Position numbers and translations under genes: made by a program. A DNA stretch of 64,000 bases from an uncultured Candidatus Saccharibacteria bacterium (lineage in GTDB: Bacteria; Patescibacteriota; Saccharimonadia; Saccharimonadales; UBA4665): assembly GCA_964639505.1 (NCBI GenBank), contig CAZXDL010000001.1, forward strand, positions 78,490 through 142,489, written 5' to 3'. Below the pieces are notes generated by a model that had not been told where the DNA came from, made no database searches, and saw only the letters and a list, made by a program, of their open reading frames with translations. Numbering within the stretch: the stretch's first letter is position 1; the number at the start of each line of letters is the position of its first letter. Shown here piece after piece: positions 57,205-64,000 of this stretch.

Positions 57205-57773
57205 TGGCTCGATATCGCTATAAAAAGTCTCACGGCTGGTTAGGACTCTTAGCTGCTCTGGTCTTACTTGTTGTGACTGTCATGCAGCAACCGAGCACTA
57301 AAGAAGTGGTCGTAAATAACCAGCCTGGTCTCTACTCGGTTAGCAAGTTTGTTGATGGCGACACGATCGCAGTGAATATGAACGGCAAAACAGAAAAAGT
57401 CCGCATGATCGGGGTCGACACACCCGAAACACACAAGCCAAACACCCCAGTTCAGTGCTATGGGCCAGCCGCATCAGCTTTTACAAAAAATAGCTTAACG
57501 GGTAAGAAATTCCGGCTCGTTTCTGATTCGGAGAGCACTGATCGTGACCGCTATGACCGACTCTTGCGCTACATAATTTTGAGCGATGGCACAAATTTTA
57601 ATCAACGATTAATCGAGCAGGGTTATGGTTTTTATTATCCATATTTTCCATTCACTAAATCAGATGATTTTGCCAACTCTCAAGCACTCGCCAAGGCAGC
57701 CAATCGCGGGCTTTGGGGCAATTGCAAACCTACGCCAACAGATGGCGGCGGCTACGTGTCAAACCCGGCTTAG
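57204..57773 (+). CDS. Membrane-anchored thermonuclease (staphylococcal nuclease, SNase) homologue
   Basis: N-terminal TM helix. DGDTIAV, VRMIGVDTPE, DRYDRLLRY and GLWG motifs. ATG overlaps the kinase stop (TAATG). Confidence 0.85.
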   Translation: MARYRYKKSHGWLGLLAALVLLVVTVMQQPSTKEVVVNNQPGLYSVSKFVDGDTIAVNMNGKTEKVRMIGVDTPETHKPNTPVQCYGPAASAFTKNSLTGKKFRLVSDSESTDRDRYDRLLRYIILSDGTNFNQRLIEQGYGFYYPYFPFTKSDDFANSQALAKAANRGLWGNCKPTPTDGGGYVSNPA

Positions 57774-58609
57774 GCTACATTGGCAGTTGGATCGACTCTA
57801 GAACTCGTTGTGCTGAGCAACTGGCTAAGTGAGTAGCCACCGGTTTCATGATTATAGGACCTGTAAATTAAGCGAGCTGGGAAGTAGGCACTCCAGCAGA
57901 TGAACAAGACCGGGTACATATGTCTGCCACTTTTGAGCCCATGAACTGCATAAGTCCGAGGACTGACAAGCGAATACCTCACAAATGAGCGAAAACTAGT
58001 ATCCACGCGGCGCGAGGAAACCCCAGCTAGCAGACTCTGATCGTATACGACCTTAAGATCATGGTCTTCAAGATGGATACCAAGATCAAAATCCTCATGG
58101 ATTTGTGGCGCCGTGCAGAGCTCGTAGCTAACTTTTTGCCAGTCAGCCCGCCTAACTGCCATATTTGCGCCCCATAAGAAGTTATCTTTACCGAGTTTAC
58201 GAGCTAAGCGGCCTCTTAACTTCATGTCTAATCGGTCTGCTAGACCAGCTAAGGCGAAATCGTAGTAATGCGCCGATCCTGATACAGCTGATATCGATTT
58301 GTCTGTGAAAATCTGTTGAATTTTTTTGACCCAATCGTCAGGGAGTAGGGTATCAGCGTCAATCCGCCCGATTATTTCACCCTTGGCAGCTTTGAAGCCA
58401 CGATTACGAGCGTAAACCACCCCTTGTTTTTTTTCTTTAATAACAGTTGCGAATGAAAATCCTGCTGCCACTTCAGCTGTGCCATCCGTCGAATTATTGT
58501 CTACAACAATTACCTCCAGTGGAGCAATCGACTGAGCTGCTATAGCCTCAAGACAAGCCTTGAGATGTTCGGCCTCGTTGTATACTGGAATGACAATGCT
58601 AACGTTCAT
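57770..58609 (-). CDS. Glycosyltransferase family 2
   Basis: MNVSIVIPVYNEAE, VVDNNSTDGT and RIDADT. ATG 58609 is preferred over TTG 58636. Confidence 0.85.
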   Translation of the reverse strand: MNVSIVIPVYNEAEHLKACLEAIAAQSIAPLEVIVVDNNSTDGTAEVAAGFSFATVIKEKKQGVVYARNRGFKAAKGEIIGRIDADTLLPDDWVKKIQQIFTDKSISAVSGSAHYYDFALAGLADRLDMKLRGRLARKLGKDNFLWGANMAVRRADWQKVSYELCTAPQIHEDFDLGIHLEDHDLKVVYDQSLLAGVSSRRVDTSFRSFVRYSLVSPRTYAVHGLKSGRHMYPVLFICWSAYFPARLIYRSYNHETGGYSLSQLLSTTSSRVDPTANVA

Positions 58610-58629
58610 AAATACCTGTATATCATTAT

Positions 58630-59715
58630 ATGGCAAACACCTTTCGAATGCATGTTAGCAAGCTCAAAAGTGCAGTAGGTAGATACTGGCACAAAAACTG
58701 GTGGCATAAGTTAATAATTATCGGCTTTACGACTTTATTCGTGGTGGTTTCGGTTATGTACGGCATCGCTCGGTGGTATATACAGTCAACCTCTAGCCAG
58801 CCGCTTCAGCTCGGCGTCAGCTTCATACCCGATTACGCCCAAAGCCTAGGAATTGATCCGCAGCAAAACATGGATGGACTACTCGGCATAGGCGTCAAGC
58901 ACTTCCGGTTGGTTAGCTATTGGAGCGATGCCGAGCAGACAAGAGGCAGCTATGATTTCAGCCAATTGGATTGGCAATTTAAAAAAGCCGAACAGTCCAA
59001 AGCCAAGATAACTTTAACACTGGGACTAAGGCAGCCGCGCTGGCCTGAATGCCACATGCCGGACTGGGCAACAAAATTGCCTAAAGCTGAGTGGAATCCC
59101 GAGCTACAGAAATATATTCAAGCCGTGGTTGAGCGATATAAAGATTCGCCCGCGTTGCAAGATTACCAACTTGAAAACGAATATTTCTTAAAAGGTTTTG
59201 GTATATGCACCGATTTTGATCGACAAAGATTAATTGACGAATATAACTTGGTAAAGAAACTTGATCCCAACAAGACCGTCATTGTTGGTCGAAGTAACAA
59301 TGCCGTCGGATTTCCAGTTGGAGAGCCACAACCTGATAAATTCAGCATATCTATTTATAAAAGAGTCTGGGACGCAGGGGTAACAAAACGATACCTCGAA
59401 TATCCGTTCCCAGCATGGTTTTACGGCTACATTGCGGGCACTCAAAAAATCTTTAACCATAGGGATATGATGATCGGTGAGCTGCAAGCGGAAGCATGGG
59501 CACCAAATGGCAAGCAAATCCAGCAAATCAGCCTAGCTGAGCAAAATAAATCTATGAATGCTCAACGCCTAGATGACCGCATCGAATACGGTGAAGCCAC
59601 CGGCATGCGTCAAATTTACCTATGGGGTGGAGAATATTGGTACTACCGTCTACATGTCCTAAATGACCCAAGCCTCTGGAATGTCGCTCAAGACCATTTT
59701 AAAAACGATAAGTAA
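58630..59715 (+). CDS. Membrane-anchored protein with clan GH-A-like glycoside hydrolase motifs
   Basis: N-terminal TM helix. HFRLVSYWSDAEQTRGSYDF and QLENEYF (Asn-Glu acid/base-type motif) resemble TIM-barrel glycosidases. Confidence 0.45.
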   Translation: MANTFRMHVSKLKSAVGRYWHKNWWHKLIIIGFTTLFVVVSVMYGIARWYIQSTSSQPLQLGVSFIPDYAQSLGIDPQQNMDGLLGIGVKHFRLVSYWSDAEQTRGSYDFSQLDWQFKKAEQSKAKITLTLGLRQPRWPECHMPDWATKLPKAEWNPELQKYIQAVVERYKDSPALQDYQLENEYFLKGFGICTDFDRQRLIDEYNLVKKLDPNKTVIVGRSNNAVGFPVGEPQPDKFSISIYKRVWDAGVTKRYLEYPFPAWFYGYIAGTQKIFNHRDMMIGELQAEAWAPNGKQIQQISLAEQNKSMNAQRLDDRIEYGEATGMRQIYLWGGEYWYYRLHVLNDPSLWNVAQDHFKNDK

Positions 59716-59741
59716 CGCTCCGTTACGCTATACTAACTCCT

Positions 59742-60206
59742 ATGGCAAAGCGTAAACCTAACCAGTCTAAAAAGATTACCAACCGTCGCGCTCGGCACGA
59801 TTATGAGCTCGGTGATTCTTTAGTGGTGGGTATTGAACTTTCTGGCCGAGAAACCAAAGCGTTGCGGATGGGCCATGGTCAACTGCGTGGCGCCTATGTC
59901 ACAGTCAAGCAAGACGAAATATTTCTGATAAACGCTACGATATCCGGTACCAGTGGCATCCCGATCGAAGAATCCGATCAAACCAGAGCCCGTAAGCTTC
60001 TGGCTAAACGACGAGAAATTGACGCCTTAATCGCAGCGAAGCAACAGGGCAGAACGATTGTCCCTCTAGAAATTATGACCGGTGGCCGCTTCATTAAACT
60101 CAAGATATCCGTCGGCAAAGGTAAAAAACTGTATGACAAGCGACAGACCCTCAAAGCCCGCGACGATAAACGCCGAGCTCAATCAGAGATGAAAAACGCT
60201 CGCTAA
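59742..60206 (+). CDS. smpB: SsrA-binding protein
   Basis: NRRARHDYEL, GIELSGRETKALR and LLAKRREI. Basic C-terminal tail. Confidence 0.95.
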   Translation: MAKRKPNQSKKITNRRARHDYELGDSLVVGIELSGRETKALRMGHGQLRGAYVTVKQDEIFLINATISGTSGIPIEESDQTRARKLLAKRREIDALIAAKQQGRTIVPLEIMTGGRFIKLKISVGKGKKLYDKRQTLKARDDKRRAQSEMKNAR

Positions 60207-60260
60207 CACCTTGCCCGTAAACAGTTCATCAGTTATAATTTCCAAGTTCATTACCCATAT

Positions 60261-60335
60261 TCCGGGGTAGCTCAGCGGTAGAGCGGGGCGCTGTTAACGC
60301 CTAGGTCGCTGGTTCGAATCCAGTCCCCGGAGCCA
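60261..60335 (+). tRNA. tRNA-Asn (anticodon GUU), CCA encoded
   Basis: Acceptor TCCGGGG/CCCCGGA, D-arm GCTCAGCGGTAGAGC, anticodon stem GGGCG/CGCCT with loop CTGTTAA (GTT), T-loop GGTTCGAATCC. Confidence 0.93.
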
Positions 60336-60356
60336 AACTGGACACCCAAAAAAGGT

Positions 60357-60376
60357 GACCTGGTTCCATGACCAGT
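60357..60376 (+). repeat. Direct repeat copy 1 (GACCTGGTTCCATGACCAGT)
   Basis: 19 of 20 positions identical to 60531-60550. With its flank it resembles the tRNA-Asn T-arm (60309-60326). Confidence 0.6.
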
Positions 60377-60530
60377 CCTTCATTAACTTCTTGGTATTAG
60401 CAAGTCATTGTGAAGTCTAGAATGTCGAAAATAGGTTGGAACCGCCAGAGATGGCGGTTTCGTCTTGTCGCCCCTGTAATTTGGTTCTGTAAACCACCAA
60501 AACCCTACGGCAACAAGTAGCACGAAAGTC

Positions 60531-60550
60531 GACCAGGTTCCATGACCAGT
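60531..60550 (+). repeat. Direct repeat copy 2 (GACCAGGTTCCATGACCAGT)
   Basis: See copy 1. The copies are 174 nt apart, start to start. Confidence 0.6.
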
Positions 60551-60598
60551 TGCTCTTGTTGAAATCGAATTAGGTCAGGCTCGCCAATCATAAGCACT

Positions 60599-61489
60599 TT
60601 AGTGCTGTTCGTGCGTGTCTTGATATTTGCTATCCTCTAGTTCTACTTCAATCGTGGCATGCCGAATGTCGTGTCTATTGCGGAGCGATATTTTTACCGC
60701 CTCTACAATATTACGACTTTCTTTTAGGTCTTCTTCATCAATTGTGATGTGGCAACTCAAAGTGTTAAAGCCAGATCTTATTGACCAGACATGCAAATCA
60801 TCAATATCCAATACCTTATCGGTGTTCATTATTGCCTCAGTAATGGCGACTACATCAATATTTTTTGGTGTACCTTCTAGTAAGATCTGCGTTGCCTCAG
60901 ACAATATCCTAAAAGCGTTATATAACAGCAGGGAGGCAATAACTAAGCCGATTAGGCTATCTATCCCATTTATTCCCGTAAAAACTATTAGCAGCCCGGC
61001 AACGACTGCGCCAAAAGATGACAGGGCGTCAAATGCCATGTCTATATAGGCGCTTTTCATATTGAGGTCGTGTTTTTGCTTTGACAGCACATACGCAATA
61101 GAGCCGTTTACCAATATGCCAATTGAAGCCACAATAGCTATCACACCACCCTCAATTTCTACGGGGTTACGAAAGCGCTGAATTGCCTCAAAGCCTATAA
61201 AGCCTGCAATTGCCAGCATTACGCTACTATTAAGCAGAGCGGCAAGTATGGTTGCTCTGCCATAGCCAAAAGTTTTACTTTCGTTCGCCTCTCGTTTTGC
61301 AACTTTATTGGCAATATACGAGACACTTAATGTAAAAGTGTCTGTTAGGTTATGGGCGGCGTCAGCAATTAATGCTAGGCTGCCGGTCAATACACCAAAG
61401 GTAAACTCAACTATTGTATAAGTTGTGTTTAAGATAAGTCCAAATTTGATCGCGCTATTGCTGTCTTTATTTATTGCGTGCCTGTCCAT
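60599..61489 (-). CDS. Cation diffusion facilitator (CzcD/ZitB-like) metal efflux transporter
   Basis: LALIADAAHNLTDT (HxxxD) and a DALSSFG region, six TM helices and a C-terminal cytoplasmic domain. Confidence 0.9.
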   Translation of the reverse strand: MDRHAINKDSNSAIKFGLILNTTYTIVEFTFGVLTGSLALIADAAHNLTDTFTLSVSYIANKVAKREANESKTFGYGRATILAALLNSSVMLAIAGFIGFEAIQRFRNPVEIEGGVIAIVASIGILVNGSIAYVLSKQKHDLNMKSAYIDMAFDALSSFGAVVAGLLIVFTGINGIDSLIGLVIASLLLYNAFRILSEATQILLEGTPKNIDVVAITEAIMNTDKVLDIDDLHVWSIRSGFNTLSCHITIDEEDLKESRNIVEAVKISLRNRHDIRHATIEVELEDSKYQDTHEQH

Positions 61490-61514
61490 ATGCTCATTCT
61501 ACACCGTAATTATG

Positions 61515-62150
61515 CTACTGTCCTTGCTTCTGAATGGCAGCGTCAATTACTTTTTCGAATGAAGCTAGATCAGCTGTAATTTCGGTTTTCTTACCATTCA
61601 AGAAAAATGTAGGTGTGCCGGTTACCTTTAGGTCATTCCCGGCTTTCATATCGGCATTGATGATGGCATTTACTTCTTTGCTGGCAAAATCAGTTTTGTA
61701 CTTATTTACATCCAACCCTATTTGCTTGGCATAACTCTCAAAATATGGGTTTACCGATTGAGCTTCTGACCATTGTTTTTGGTTTTGGTAAAGTAAGTCA
61801 TGCATTTCCCAGAACTTGTTTTGCTTGTGAGCTGCTTCAGCAGCGCGGTGCGCGGCAAAAGCATTTTGGTGTGTGGCCTGTAAAGGGAAGTTCCTAAACT
61901 GGAAATTTATTTTTCCTTTATATTTCTCCCTTACCTGTGCGACTATAGGTTCATACTGGTAGCAGTATGGGCACTGAAAATCACCGTATTCAACTAATGT
62001 TACTTTGCTATCTGTTTTTGAGTAGATGTGCTGTGATGGTTTTGCGTTTGAAATAACACTATTTTCCTTATCGTCGCCACCAGTGAACGCAACTATGCCT
62101 ACAAATAGGGCACAAATTGCGACGAGTACTATTACAAATCCTTTAGACAT
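61515..62150 (-). CDS. DsbA-family thiol:disulfide oxidoreductase, membrane anchored
   Basis: N-terminal TM helix, YGDFQCPYC active site and GTPTFFLNG. Confidence 0.85.
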   Translation of the reverse strand: MSKGFVIVLVAICALFVGIVAFTGGDDKENSVISNAKPSQHIYSKTDSKVTLVEYGDFQCPYCYQYEPIVAQVREKYKGKINFQFRNFPLQATHQNAFAAHRAAEAAHKQNKFWEMHDLLYQNQKQWSEAQSVNPYFESYAKQIGLDVNKYKTDFASKEVNAIINADMKAGNDLKVTGTPTFFLNGKKTEITADLASFEKVIDAAIQKQGQ

Positions 62151-62190
62151 ATATATCCTAATTTAGTTATTAATTCTAGAGTAGTTAGGT

Positions 62191-62517
62191 CTAAAATCGT
62201 AAGTAGCTAGTGAGTAACATTTTACTTTTAAGAATATACGCAAACGTTATGACTGGTGCGAAGTAAAGGAATGCGAGATTTGACGGCGTATTAATTGTAT
62301 TGAAAAAAGGAGGTGAAGGTTCTTTATCATCTTCGTTTTCGAAAAGGTTTTGACTGTTTGTTGCTATCGGTTGGCCAGACTGATGGCACGAAGCGATGCA
62401 ATTTGACGAAGCTTTGCTTGCCATCTCTTTAGCATGCGCAGAATAAGCTGCTAAAAAGCTTAGAGTTAAAGCTATGCATATTAGTAGTACGCTCGTAAGT
62501 TTATTTATCCGCCACAT
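62191..62517 (-). CDS. Small exported/membrane protein with CIASCH motif
   Basis: Signal-peptide-like N-terminus ending AHA-KE, a single C-x3-C-H motif and a C-terminal hydrophobic helix. It overlaps the upstream gene by 13 nt. Confidence 0.5.
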   Translation of the reverse strand: MWRINKLTSVLLICIALTLSFLAAYSAHAKEMASKASSNCIASCHQSGQPIATNSQNLFENEDDKEPSPPFFNTINTPSNLAFLYFAPVITFAYILKSKMLLTSYLRF

Positions 62518-63353
62518 GTACTTTCCGATAAAGGCTCTAACATGTTAAACCTGTCTTGGATTTGCTGACTTGAAGGCTTTTCGTTTTGAACAAATATTAC
62601 AGCATTGCCTAAAAGATTGTTTAGACGTGTCCGTTTCTCTTCTTGTGTCTCAGTGCCATCAGGCCCGTCAGCATCATCGGCTGTACCGTGTGCGTAAGTT
62701 TTTGAAAAGATTTTATCAATAAAGCTAGTTTGTTCATTGAGTTTATGTGCAGGGAAGTTGCTTGTTTTACCAAAAAACTCCTCAAGATCCAGATCTTTCC
62801 AGTCATCAAAGCTACGTTCCTTATAACTATTTTCATCACCTGTATAAATGTAAAAATTTGCATCTTTAGGCACATCGGGAAGATAATCCCCATGAATAGT
62901 GACTTTCTGCGGATCGGAAAGATTATCAAGCTTATACCCAAGAGCGTTATTCATGCCGCCAATATAATTCCACCCATAGTACTTCATTACCATTCCACCA
63001 GTCATACCCTCCCAGTGAATGTGCGTGAACTGGTCTTTATCGTCATGAAAGTGTATTGGTTGTTCCGGCAGCAATGCGTTGCAGTTATCTTTGGCATAGC
63101 CTCTTTGGTATTTCTGGCTGCTAAAATCTTCGGCCCTGCCATTAACAAGTACCTGCATTCGGAAATGATAATGCTCTAGTTTTGGGTTACGGATAACTTT
63201 AGGAGATACAGCATACAGATAGCCCGCATAACTGCCAGCCAGCACGATTATTCCAACTAAAACTAAGCTTACAATTTTAAGCGGCGTGGTGAAACGAAAC
63301 TTTTTTACAGCTTCTGGTTTGTTGCTTTCATCCTCTGTCTTCTCCCGCGGCAT
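62505..63353 (-). CDS. Membrane-anchored hypothetical protein with His-rich motifs
   Basis: N-terminal TM helix. HYHFRMQVLVNG and PIHFHDDKDQFTHIHWEG. Two Cys residues. No family recognised. Confidence 0.55.
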   Translation of the reverse strand: MPREKTEDESNKPEAVKKFRFTTPLKIVSLVLVGIIVLAGSYAGYLYAVSPKVIRNPKLEHYHFRMQVLVNGRAEDFSSQKYQRGYAKDNCNALLPEQPIHFHDDKDQFTHIHWEGMTGGMVMKYYGWNYIGGMNNALGYKLDNLSDPQKVTIHGDYLPDVPKDANFYIYTGDENSYKERSFDDWKDLDLEEFFGKTSNFPAHKLNEQTSFIDKIFSKTYAHGTADDADGPDGTETQEEKRTRLNNLLGNAVIFVQNEKPSSQQIQDRFNMLEPLSESTCGG

Positions 63354-63373
63354 TACACTATTATAACTGATTG

Positions 63374-64000
63374 CTAGAGCTTAAAATATTCCTCCAATGT
63401 GGCGATTCCTTTGGTCTTCATTTTAGTTGCCAAATATATGCCCACATAACGTAAATGCCATGGCTCATACTCATAGCCCGTTATTTTTTGCTTGCCTTCG
63501 GGATAGCGGAAAATAAAGCCGTAATTATGGACATTGTCAGTTAACCACTTGCTTTCAGGCGTTACAGCGAAACATGGCTTGACATTACAACCCGGAGAAC
63601 TTGCACCTCCCAGATCAACTGCTAGGCCTGTCTGATGTTCGCTATAGCCGGGTTTGGCGCTGTAGCTGTCAATATTACTCTGTGTATCTTGGGCTAAGTA
63701 GTTTTCGTATAACTTTTGCTGAGCACCATATGATCGGTAACCGCTTTGTAGATCAAGAGTAATGCCTTGCTCTCTTGCAGCTGCTACCAAGTTATTTAAA
63801 GCGGGTGAGACTAGATATGATACTTTTTTTTCGTCATCTGTAATATTACTTCTTATTGGTACTGTCGGTATTTCCAAATTTACTGGTGCATAATCTTTTG
63901 GATTAATTGGAGTATCTTTATTAACGATTAGCCATGGACTGTCGGCTTTTTTTAGCGAAAAGCTGTGTTGACCCTTCAAATATCGACTGCTGTTTGAATT
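63374..64000 (-). CDS. VanY / M15B D-alanyl-D-alanine carboxypeptidase, 5' end probably beyond window
   Basis: SGYRSY, SEHQTGLAVDL and EPWHLRYVG (Zn ligands). The frame stays open from TTG 63979 to nt 64000. Confidence 0.85.
   Translation of the reverse strand, partial: NSNSSRYLKGQHSFSLKKADSPWLIVNKDTPINPKDYAPVNLEIPTVPIRSNITDDEKKVSYLVSPALNNLVAAAREQGITLDLQSGYRSYGAQQKLYENYLAQDTQSNIDSYSAKPGYSEHQTGLAVDLGGASSPGCNVKPCFAVTPESKWLTDNVHNYGFIFRYPEGKQKITGYEYEPWHLRYVGIYLATKMKTKGIATLEEYFKL

Noticed and set aside
60207-60598. Looked for tmRNA (ssrA) next to smpB
   Set aside because: The only tRNA-like element is a complete tRNA-Asn. There is no GGGG...5' end with a tRNA-Ala-like acceptor and TCCACCA 3' end, and the free space (263 nt) is too short for a standard tmRNA.

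Overview
Gene-dense chromosomal window: about 75 CDS, 2 tRNAs and very little intergenic DNA, from a streamlined bacterium.

Contents in order:
- rplA and rplJ-rplL, separated by a pyrimidine-dNTP module (Tmk-like kinase, Dcd, Tmk fused to a tandem-duplicated ThyX), an orphan gene and an M20 peptidase.
- dnaX, dnaB, ybaB, recR, an NrnA-like DHH phosphoesterase and cysS.
- Envelope genes: AI-2E transporter, two GT4, an alpha/beta hydrolase, two GT2, a GT-C-like protein, two UPF0104 proteins and an LCP protein.
- tRNA-Gln(UUG), DUF1697, gnd, and an archaeal-type PEP carboxylase with an aspartate aminotransferase.
- An ABC-2 exporter, a PAS histidine kinase, a receiver protein and a Crp/Fnr regulator.
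- A compact aerobic chain: cyoABCDE quinol oxidase, an FAD-linked D-lactate-DH-like oxidase and NDH-2.
- A UvrD-type helicase-nuclease, an aquaporin and two divergent orphan genes.
- The complete atpIBEFHAGDC operon.
- An NrdH-like redoxin / CobO / P-loop kinase / membrane-anchored SNase operon.
- GT2, a GH-A-like protein, smpB and tRNA-Asn(GUU).
- A partly lower-GC envelope operon (CDF, DsbA, two orphan exported proteins, VanY) running into the window end.

I saw no CRISPR array, rRNA, transposase, integrase or prophage gene. Gene content and architecture suggest a Patescibacteria/CPR organism of the Saccharibacteria type. That is inference only.

Most noteworthy observations:
1. Two near-consensus CRP-type boxes (TGTGAnnTATATCAC) sit inside divergent promoter regions. 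One overlaps the ATP synthase promoter. A Crp-family regulator with an R-E recognition helix is encoded in the window.
2. The Tmk::double-ThyX fusion has two ThyX halves that carry complementary parts of the RHR-X7-S motif.
3. The conserved N-terminus of cyoE lies upstream of any canonical start codon. The best candidate is ATA overlapping the cyoD stop, with a Shine-Dalgarno (SD) sequence 8 nt upstream. An unannotated small ORF upstream of the histidine kinase shows a parallel case (ATT, SD 8 nt upstream).
4. Recurrent -10 boxes lie 6-11 nt upstream of ATG start codons, which suggests leaderless mRNAs.
5. Degenerate copies of the tRNA-Asn T-arm flank a 154-nt segment next to a lower-GC operon.

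Everything here is motif-level reading by eye. No database search was run.
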